From an uncultured delta proteobacterium (lineage in GTDB: Bacteria > Myxococcota_A > Polyangia > Polyangiales > Houyiibacteriaceae), in NCBI GenBank assembly GCA_963699755.1, contig CAVOVB010000008.1, positions 32,001 to 96,000 on the forward strand: a stretch of DNA of 64,000 nt, read 5' to 3'. Position numbers and translations under genes: made by a program. The notes beneath the pieces are model-generated. The model had not been told where the DNA came from. It saw only the letters and a list, made by a program, of their open reading frames with translations, and did not search any database. How positions within the stretch are numbered: position 1 is the stretch's first letter; each line of letters opens with the position of its first letter. Positions 57,219 to 64,000 of this stretch are shown one piece after another.

Positions 57219-57857
57219 CTATTCGCCGCTCGAGACACTCTTGTCAAGCTCGCCGAGGAAGCGCTGCAAGGCTTCGTAGGGACGCTCGGTCGTATATATC
57301 GCTCGCCGGATGCCGACCCCAAACGCACCCACACGGAGCAAGGGCCGCAAATCCTCCGGACCAATGCCGCCGAGGGCATATGTCGGGATCCCGACATCGG
57401 CGATCGCTCTTCCAAACCCGTTGAGCCCGATGGGAGGCGCCTTCCCGGGGACGTGGAACACAGGGCTGAGGAAGGCATAGCTCGCCTGTTCTCGTTCCGC
57501 GGCCTCGAGGCCCCTCCGATCGTGCCGCGAGACGCCGACGATGCGCAGGAAAGGCCAATGCCGTCGGATTTCGATCGGAGGGAGGCCGCGTTCCGGCAGA
57601 TGAACACCATCGGCACCGACGATCTGGGCGAGGTCCGGCCGTCGGTTCACCGTCAAGATGGCGCCCGTGTCCCCGGTAAGCTGGCGAAGCTCCCGCCCCC
57701 AGTGAACCAGTTGCCGATCGGACGCCTGTTGGGCGCGGAGTTGCACGCCGAGCACGCCGGGCGGGCATCCATCGAGTGCGCGCCGAATCGGAGTCACGGG
57801 GCCCTCCCGATGGTCCGGGTCGGTGATGATCCAGATCCGCGGAAGCCCTTCGCTCAT
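57219..57857 (-). CDS. Thiamine-phosphate synthase/TenI family protein
   Basis: VQLRA, ADGVHL, VGVSRH, SPVF, YALGGI; downstream of thiG. Confidence 0.8.
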   Translation of the reverse strand: MSEGLPRIWIITDPDHREGPVTPIRRALDGCPPGVLGVQLRAQQASDRQLVHWGRELRQLTGDTGAILTVNRRPDLAQIVGADGVHLPERGLPPIEIRRHWPFLRIVGVSRHDRRGLEAAEREQASYAFLSPVFHVPGKAPPIGLNGFGRAIADVGIPTYALGGIGPEDLRPLLRVGAFGVGIRRAIYTTERPYEALQRFLGELDKSVSSGE

Positions 57858-57867
57858 CGGAACACGC

Positions 57868-58665
57868 TCAGGACCGGCCGTCCTGATCGGAGCCGATGAC
57901 GCCTTGCAGCGGGCTCGATGCGGTCGCGTAGAGCTTCCGAGGAATCCGGCCCGCAAGGAACGCGTCGCGGCCGGCCTCGACGCCGGCCTTCATCGCGCGG
58001 GCCATCCGCACCGGGTCTTTCGCACCGGCGATCGCCGTATTCATCAGCACGCCGTCAACGCCGAGCTCCATGGCGATGGCAGCGTCCGAGGCTGTCCCGA
58101 CGCCGGCATCGACGATCACGGGCACGCTGGCGTGCTTGACGATGATTTCGATGTTGAAGGGGTTGCGCACCCCAAGGCCGCTGCCGATGGGTGCGGCAAG
58201 CGGCATGACCGCCGCGCAACCGAGCTCTTCTAGTCGCAGCGCGGCGATCGGGTCGTCGTTGAAGTAAGGCAGGACGGTGAAGCCGTCGTCTACCAGAGTC
58301 TTTGCCGCCTCGAGCGTTGCCGGGACATCGGGGAACAGGGTCTTCTCGTCGCCGATGACCTCGAGCTTGATCAGCGGCGTGTCGAGAAGCTCTCGCGCCA
58401 ACCGGGCGGTGCGAACAGCATCCTCGGCGGTGTAGCAACCGGCCGTGTTCGGGAGGAGCGTGTACTTGCCATCGCGGAGGACCGTCATGATCGAGTCGGA
58501 TCCGGTGGCCTTCAAATCGACGCGGCGCACCGCAACCGTGACGACTTCGCAACCCGACGTTTCGAGCGCCCGTCTCGCGGTGTCGAGGTCGGGGTACTTG
58601 CCCGTGCCTGTAAACAGGCGCGAGTGAAACTCGAACTGGCCGATCTTCAGAACGTCTTCGGACAC
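57868..58665 (-). CDS. thiG: Thiazole synthase
   Basis: [42 protein letters not shown]. Confidence 0.97.
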   Translation of the reverse strand: MSEDVLKIGQFEFHSRLFTGTGKYPDLDTARRALETSGCEVVTVAVRRVDLKATGSDSIMTVLRDGKYTLLPNTAGCYTAEDAVRTARLARELLDTPLIKLEVIGDEKTLFPDVPATLEAAKTLVDDGFTVLPYFNDDPIAALRLEELGCAAVMPLAAPIGSGLGVRNPFNIEIIVKHASVPVIVDAGVGTASDAAIAMELGVDGVLMNTAIAGAKDPVRMARAMKAGVEAGRDAFLAGRIPRKLYATASSPLQGVIGSDQDGRS

Positions 58666-58866
58666 CTAACCGCCTCCTACGAAATGAACGACCTCGACCC
58701 TGTCACCCTCGCTGAGCTTTGTGCTTTCATGTTGGGCCCGCGGCACGACTTCTTCGTTGCGCTCGACCGCCACCAAGGTGTCGGCGAGACCAAGAGACAA
58801 GAGCAACTCCTTGACCGTCATGCTGGGCTCGACTTGTCGTTCTTCACCGTTGACCAGGAGGCGCAT
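58666..58866 (-). CDS. thiS: Sulfur carrier ThiS
   Basis: 66 aa, VNGE, AVERN, C-terminal FVGGG. Confidence 0.95.
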   Translation of the reverse strand: MRLLVNGEERQVEPSMTVKELLLSLGLADTLVAVERNEEVVPRAQHESTKLSEGDRVEVVHFVGGG

Positions 58867-58874
58867 CGGCCGAG

Positions 58875-58903
58875 AGAGTAGGGCGGCCCTCGGCGTGCTG
58901 CAA
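58875..58903 (-). promoter_or_regulatory. Putative leaderless promoter of thiS
   Basis: TTGCAG-N17-TACTCT-N8-ATG; no SD. Confidence 0.6.
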
Positions 58904-58952
58904 GCGGCTTCGGAGATGGGCGCAGTTCCAGCTGGATGCTAGGCTCGGCCGC

Positions 58953-59822
58953 GTGAAGCGCATCGTGCAGGGCGACAATTTACGGGTTCTCGCGACCTTG
59001 CCGCGAGAGCATGCGCGCTTGATCTACATCGACCCGCCTTTCAACACCGGGCGCAAGCAGTCTCGTCAGCGGATGCAGGTGCGGGCTGCGGAGGACGGTG
59101 AGCGAAAAGGCTTTGCTGGGCGTCGCTACGATGTCGAGCGCATCGACAGCCCTGCCTATGAAGACGAATACGACGAATACGTCCCCTTTCTCCTGAGTCG
59201 AATCGAAGCGGCCCTTCCCTGCCTGACCGCCGATGGCTCGCTCTTCGTGCACCTGGACTACCGCGAAGTGCACTACGTGAAAGTGGCACTCGATCGCCTT
59301 TTCGGCCGCGAGTGCTTCCGCAACGAGATCATCTGGGCCTATGACTTCGGAGGGCGGCCGAAGCGATGGTGGCCGGCTAAGCACGACACCTTACTCTGGT
59401 ACGTGCGCGACCCGAAAAACTACGTCTTTGAGTTTGAAGAGATGGACCGCATTCCCTACATGGCACCTGGGCTCGTTGGGAAAGAGAAAGCAGCCCGTGG
59501 CAAGACCCCCACCGACGTCTGGTGGCACACCATCGTTCCAACCAATGGCAAAGAGAAGACCGGCTACCCGACACAGAAGCCGCTAGGAGTGCTCGAGCGC
59601 ATCATCAAGGTTCACAGCGAGTCTGGCGACACGGTCCTCGACTTCTTCGCTGGAAGCGGGACGACCGGTGAGGCCGCAGCGCGCCTGGGCAGAGGATTCG
59701 TGCTGGTCGATGAGCATCCCGAAGCGATCGAGATCATGCGCAAGCGGCTCGCCAACTGGGAGCCGGAGATCGAGGTTCACAACGGCGATCAACGGGGGAC
59801 CAGCTCGACCTCGAACAGCTGA
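58953..59822 (+). CDS. Orphan amino (N6-A/N4-C) DNA methyltransferase, beta class
   Basis: IYIDPPF (motif IV) precedes VLDFFAGSGTT (motif I); YPTQKP. Confidence 0.88.
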   Translation: MKRIVQGDNLRVLATLPREHARLIYIDPPFNTGRKQSRQRMQVRAAEDGERKGFAGRRYDVERIDSPAYEDEYDEYVPFLLSRIEAALPCLTADGSLFVHLDYREVHYVKVALDRLFGRECFRNEIIWAYDFGGRPKRWWPAKHDTLLWYVRDPKNYVFEFEEMDRIPYMAPGLVGKEKAARGKTPTDVWWHTIVPTNGKEKTGYPTQKPLGVLERIIKVHSESGDTVLDFFAGSGTTGEAAARLGRGFVLVDEHPEAIEIMRKRLANWEPEIEVHNGDQRGTSSTSNS

Positions 59823-60688
59823 GGCCAGAGCTTCCCCGTGACGAGAAACGTCTTCGAATCTTCTTTATAGGCAATTCCATTGAGCACATCGGCCGCCCTC
59901 GATTCGGCCGCTGTCAGCAGGCCGCTTGCATCGATGCTCGCCGTGACGCGCCCGGTCTTCGCATCAACGCGGAGGATTTCGTTGCGCTGCCAGACATTGG
60001 CGTAAATCTCGGAGCCCACGCACTCGAGCTCGTTGAGCCTCGGCACCGGATGCCCGTTCTTCATGACGCTCACCTCGCGCAGAATCTCCAACGACTTCGG
60101 ATCGCGAAATTCGAGAATCGAGGAACCGTCACTCATCACCAGCGCCGTCCCGTCGAAACACAGCCCCCAACCCTCGCCGCGATACTGGAGCGTCGTTCGT
60201 GTCTCGAGTGTCGCTAGGTCCGACACGAGAGCAACGCCGGCACGCCAGGTGAGCTGAACTAGGCTATCGTCGATGAGGGCCAGTCCTTCGCCAAAAAGAT
60301 TCGGATCGAGCTTGCGCTCTGCGAGCACCTTGCCGTCTTCCAGCCGAACTTTTCGCAGCGAGGATTTCCCGTACTGGCCAGTGCTCTCGTACATGACGCC
60401 ATCATGCCAGATCAGCCCCTGCGTGAAGGCGTCTCGGTCGTGCGGGTACTTGCGAAGGACGCGTACGCGAAGGGCTTCGACGGTCGTTCCGCCGACGGGA
60501 CGTGGCGCATCAGCGGGGGTGACGTAAACGGGGGCGACGATTTCGTCGCTGGGTTCCCGACAGCCAGGCGCGGACAGCAGGCACGCCGCAACGAGAAGGT
60601 GCAGGAGAGTCGCAGTGAAGCGGGCGGGCGCGTGCCCCGGCTCGACACCTCTTCCCCCTCCTGTCTTGCGTCGTCGAGCCCTTGCCAT
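59789..60688 (-). CDS. Glutaminyl-peptide cyclotransferase (plant/bacterial type)
   Basis: YPHD..AFTQGL, ESTGQYG, FGEG, EGWG, LNELE, VLNGIA, TGKLWP. Confidence 0.92.
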   Translation of the reverse strand: MARARRRKTGGGRGVEPGHAPARFTATLLHLLVAACLLSAPGCREPSDEIVAPVYVTPADAPRPVGGTTVEALRVRVLRKYPHDRDAFTQGLIWHDGVMYESTGQYGKSSLRKVRLEDGKVLAERKLDPNLFGEGLALIDDSLVQLTWRAGVALVSDLATLETRTTLQYRGEGWGLCFDGTALVMSDGSSILEFRDPKSLEILREVSVMKNGHPVPRLNELECVGSEIYANVWQRNEILRVDAKTGRVTASIDASGLLTAAESRAADVLNGIAYKEDSKTFLVTGKLWPQLFEVELVPR

Positions 60689-60729
60689 GAAAGCGAGAGC
60701 CTAGCCTTCCGGCGTTGGGACGCCAATGC

Positions 60730-60758
60730 TTGACGCCGGCGATGCCAACCGTTAGCTC
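60730..60758 (+). promoter_or_regulatory. Putative leaderless promoter of alr
   Basis: TTGACG-N17-TAGCTC-N6-GTG; no SD. Confidence 0.6.
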
Positions 60759-60764
60759 CAAGCC

Positions 60765-61919
60765 GTGCAATCCGATTCGTCGAAACCATCGAGGCCGCGC
60801 GTGCAGAGCGCGAATGCTTCGCTCCGGTCCACGCGTGCCGAAATATTGCTCGACGCAATCGGGCACAACCTTCGTGTGGTGCAGGGCGCGGCCCAGGGGC
60901 GCAAGATCCTCGCGGTCGTGAAGGCGGACGCCTATGGGCACGGCGTGGTTCCGGTCGCTCGGCGACTGCAGGCCGAAGGCGTCGATGGTTTTGGGGTGGC
61001 GCTGGCTGAAGAAGGGATCGAGCTTCGGCAAGCCGGTATCAACCGGGCGATTCTAGTCCTCAACGGTATCAACGGCGGCGCCCACCGCGAGATCATCGCG
61101 GCGGGGCTCACGCCCGTCCTCTACGACATCTCCGAGGCCAGCGCATTTGAAGAGGTTTCTGGGAATCGTCCGATCGACGTGCACCTCAAAGTCGACACGG
61201 GAATGGGCCGACTTGGGGTGCCCCTAGGCGAGCTCAGCAACTTTCTGCGTGACCTTCGTCGATTTCCTTCGATCCGGATCGCGGGCTTGATGACGCATCT
61301 TTCGACCGCCGACGCCGATCCGGAATATGTCGCAGAGCAGCTAGCCGGATTTGCGCAAGCGCGAGGTCTCGTTCGCCGATTCGGACACGAGCCGTCGGTC
61401 CTGCACGTCGCCAATAGCGCTGCCGTATTCCGGCATCCCGAATCCCATTTCGATTGGGTACGCACCGGGCTCGCCCTCTACGGGTACCCCGGCTCCGATA
61501 CGATCCACGCGCCGCTACGGCCCGCGCTTCGCTGGCGCACAGAGGTTCTTCGCGTGCGGACCCTGCAAGCAGGCGAATCGGTCGGCTACGGACGGTCGTT
61601 CCGCGCAAGCGAGGAGACTCTTTTGGCGACCATTCCGGTTGGCTACGGCGACGGTCTGCTGCGCTCGGCATCGAATCGCGGGCATGTTCTGATCGGGGGG
61701 AGGCGGTGTCCGATCGTCGGCAACATTGCGATGGATCTGACCACCGTGGACGTGTCAGGCGTCCCGGGTGTTGCAGTCGGGGACGAGGCCTTGCTGCTCG
61801 GCGAGCAGCAGGGCGCTGTCTTGGATGCTCGCGACCTCGCGTTGGCCGCCGGAACGATTCCGTACGAGGTGCTGACCAACGTGTCGCGTCGGGTACCCCG
61901 CGTCTATTTGAATGGCTGA
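60765..61919 (+). CDS. alr: Alanine racemase
   Basis: AVVKADAYGHG, HLKVDTGMGRLG, GYGDG, GTIPYEVL. Confidence 0.96.
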   Translation: MQSDSSKPSRPRVQSANASLRSTRAEILLDAIGHNLRVVQGAAQGRKILAVVKADAYGHGVVPVARRLQAEGVDGFGVALAEEGIELRQAGINRAILVLNGINGGAHREIIAAGLTPVLYDISEASAFEEVSGNRPIDVHLKVDTGMGRLGVPLGELSNFLRDLRRFPSIRIAGLMTHLSTADADPEYVAEQLAGFAQARGLVRRFGHEPSVLHVANSAAVFRHPESHFDWVRTGLALYGYPGSDTIHAPLRPALRWRTEVLRVRTLQAGESVGYGRSFRASEETLLATIPVGYGDGLLRSASNRGHVLIGGRRCPIVGNIAMDLTTVDVSGVPGVAVGDEALLLGEQQGAVLDARDLALAAGTIPYEVLTNVSRRVPRVYLNG

Positions 61920-61951
61920 CGGCTCCTAGGGTAACCATGCTATGAAGCCTC

Positions 61952-62800
61952 GTGCCCGACGCCGTGCCCAGCGCGCCCGCGACTCCGGATAAGAGATCGA
62001 AGCTGCGCGCGACCGTCAGCGATGCGGGCGAGTGGCTCATCAAGGCGCTCCTATCCCCGTTCGTCGAAATCAGCGCACTCTTCAAGCTGCTCTGGGAGTC
62101 GGTGTTTTGGGGGATTCGCCCGCCGTACCGCGGCTGGCTCTTCGTCGAGGCGATGGAGTTCATCGGCATTGGTTCAATATTCCTCGTTTCGCTCACGGCG
62201 GTTTTCGTCGGTGGCGTGCTTGCGTTGCAGCTAGTCGACGGTTTTCGCGACTTTGGTGCCGAGAACCAGACCGGCGCAGTCATCGGTTTGGCACTGGCCA
62301 GAGAGGTAGGGCCCGTATTCGCCGCTCTGATGGTCACGAGCCGCGCCGGGAGCGCCATGACTACCGAGCTCGGTTCAATGCGCGTCACCAATCAAATTGA
62401 CGCTTTGATCACCATGGCGGTCAACCCCGTGCAGTACCTGGTCGTGCCCCGGCTGGTCGCCGGCTTCGTGATGGTGCCGGTCCTCACGATGCTCTTCAAC
62501 GTAGTCGGTGTCCTCGGCGCCTTCTTCGTGGCTGTGGCTCTCCTCGGGCTCGACCCCGGCGTGTTCATGGACCGGCTGAAGTGGCTCGTCGATTGGGATG
62601 ACCTCTCCCAGGGGTTGATCAAGGCGATGGTCTTCGGCGTTGCGGTCACTCTCATCGCCTGCCGGCAAGGCTTCTACGCCCAAGGTGGAGCCGCCGGAGT
62701 AGGGCGCGCTACCAACCGAGCGGTCGTGCAGAGTGCCATCGCGATTCTCATGCTGGACTATCTCGTCACGAGCCTCGTCATCGGGCAAGGGTTCTTCTGA
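61952..62800 (+). CDS. mlaE: MlaE-family ABC permease
   Basis: REVGPV, AGSAMTTELGSMRVTNQIDAL, GVGRAT..AVV. Confidence 0.92.
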   Translation: MPDAVPSAPATPDKRSKLRATVSDAGEWLIKALLSPFVEISALFKLLWESVFWGIRPPYRGWLFVEAMEFIGIGSIFLVSLTAVFVGGVLALQLVDGFRDFGAENQTGAVIGLALAREVGPVFAALMVTSRAGSAMTTELGSMRVTNQIDALITMAVNPVQYLVVPRLVAGFVMVPVLTMLFNVVGVLGAFFVAVALLGLDPGVFMDRLKWLVDWDDLSQGLIKAMVFGVAVTLIACRQGFYAQGGAAGVGRATNRAVVQSAIAILMLDYLVTSLVIGQGFF

Positions 62801-63612
62801 TGAAGCTCTTTCGGCGAAATGGGCTGCATTTGAAGCGGGCTTCACTGCCACCGCAAACGAAGGACGATCCGATTCACGTCCGGATTCGCGACTTGCACAA
62901 GAGCTACGGCGATCATCACGTGCTCAAGGGGGTTTCGCTCGATATTCATCGCGGGAAGACGAACCTGATCATTGGGCCGTCAGGCTCCGGCAAGACTGTC
63001 CTGATGCGTCAGTTGATCAGGCTCGAAAAGCCGGATTCTGGCCGACTCATCGTCAACGGTATCGACATGGCGCGGCTCGAGGGCCTGCAGCTCGCGGCCA
63101 TGCGACGCACCTTTGGCATGGTCTTCCAGATGTCTGCGCTCTTCGATTCGATGACGGTATTCGACAACGTTGCGTTCCCTTTGCGAGAACACACTAACTT
63201 AGCACGCGACGAGATTCGTAGCCGCGTGATGGATCGCTTGGCTGCCTTTGGGGTGGAGGCGGCTGCACAGCAGCTTCCCGCCCAGCTTTCCGGCGGCATG
63301 CAGAAGCGAGTTGCCGTTGCGCGGGCGATGATCCTCGAGAGCGAGATTCTGATTTATGATGAGCCGACCACCGGCTTGGACCCTATCACGACCGAGATGG
63401 TCGACGAGCTGATCATCGAAGCCGAGAAGATGTTTGGCGTGACCTCGATCGTGATTAGCCACGACATGGCCTCGGTCATGCGCATCGCGAACTACCTGAG
63501 CTTCCTGCACCAAGGGGAGATCGTAGCGACGGGGACGCCGGAGGAGCTAATGCGCAGCGAGCATCCGGCGACCGCAGAATTCATTCGGGCGTCACGGATC
63601 AGCTTGGACTGA
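62800..63612 (+). CDS. mlaF: MlaF-family ABC ATP-binding protein
   Basis: GPSGSGKT, FQMSALFDSMTV, LSGGMQKR, YDEPTTGLDP. Confidence 0.9.
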   Translation: MKLFRRNGLHLKRASLPPQTKDDPIHVRIRDLHKSYGDHHVLKGVSLDIHRGKTNLIIGPSGSGKTVLMRQLIRLEKPDSGRLIVNGIDMARLEGLQLAAMRRTFGMVFQMSALFDSMTVFDNVAFPLREHTNLARDEIRSRVMDRLAAFGVEAAAQQLPAQLSGGMQKRVAVARAMILESEILIYDEPTTGLDPITTEMVDELIIEAEKMFGVTSIVISHDMASVMRIANYLSFLHQGEIVATGTPEELMRSEHPATAEFIRASRISLD

Positions 63613-63663
63613 TCCCTCGAGCGAACGGCTTGCGAAATCTGCCGCCGGACCCAGATTGCGGCC

Positions 63664-63873
63664 GTGTCAGATACGCTATTGGCGAAAATCATCCGCGCCC
63701 ACCGGGACGCCGACGAGCGTGGTGATGATGGCTACCTGGACCCCAACACGGGCCTTTTCGTGATGACGGCTGCGGCGCTTCGAGCTAGGGGAACGTGCTG
63801 CGGGTCAGGATGCCGCCACTGTCCGTACTCCCCCGACCAGCAGCGGGCGGCCGGACGGCCGTCTCATCGCTGA
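63664..63873 (+). CDS. Small Cys-rich protein (DUF5522-like)
   Basis: YLDPNTGLFVMT...RGTCCGSGCRHCPY. Confidence 0.75.
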   Translation: MSDTLLAKIIRAHRDADERGDDGYLDPNTGLFVMTAAALRARGTCCGSGCRHCPYSPDQQRAAGRPSHR

Positions 63874-64000
63874 GGGCTCTCGGCTCCACCGCGACCGTCG
63901 CTCGAGCCGCGGGCGTTGGACCTGGTGGAGCAGCCCAGCCGCCGGTCGGTTGCCACCGGGGGACACCATGGTAGCGTCGCTCGAAGCGTCTGCGAAGCAT

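Noticed and set aside
58867..58952. TPP riboswitch upstream of thiS
   Set aside because: No CTGAGA core and no room; the region holds two divergent promoters.
63785..64000. Minus-strand ORF at the window end
   Set aside because: Possibly the 3' end of a gene outside the window, but frame and product cannot be determined.

Overview
GC-rich, very gene-dense bacterial chromosomal segment, most likely Myxococcota (Polyangia-like). This is inferred from the giant TPR proteins, a DAG/PDA-linker lipoprotein and the alr-mlaE-mlaF order; it was not verified. About 50 CDSs, mostly housekeeping: engB, murJ, hslO, IDH, rpsT, holA, a Clp ATPase, nadD, yajQ, pheA, pspA, glpK, smc, purQL, thiS-thiG-thiE/tenI, alr, mlaEF. 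I found no tRNA, rRNA, CRISPR, prophage or IS element. Most notable: (1) an ethylmalonyl-CoA pathway operon (ecm-meaB-ccr-mcd) divergent from a RamB/ScfR-family regulator; (2) an operon of two ~1500-aa TPR solenoids with degenerate M48-like C-termini plus a metallophosphoesterase-fold protein lacking metal ligands, coupled to nadD; (3) other apparent pseudoenzymes: a signal peptidase I homolog without its Ser/Lys dyad and a cyclase-STAND protein next to pspA; (4) a GT-C glycosyltransferase with two non-FGly sulfatase-fold membrane enzymes; (5) an NrdR-box-like palindrome over the smc promoter; (6) many apparently leaderless genes; (7) a shared C-terminal AAE motif. All calls come from reading motifs by eye; no database search was run.
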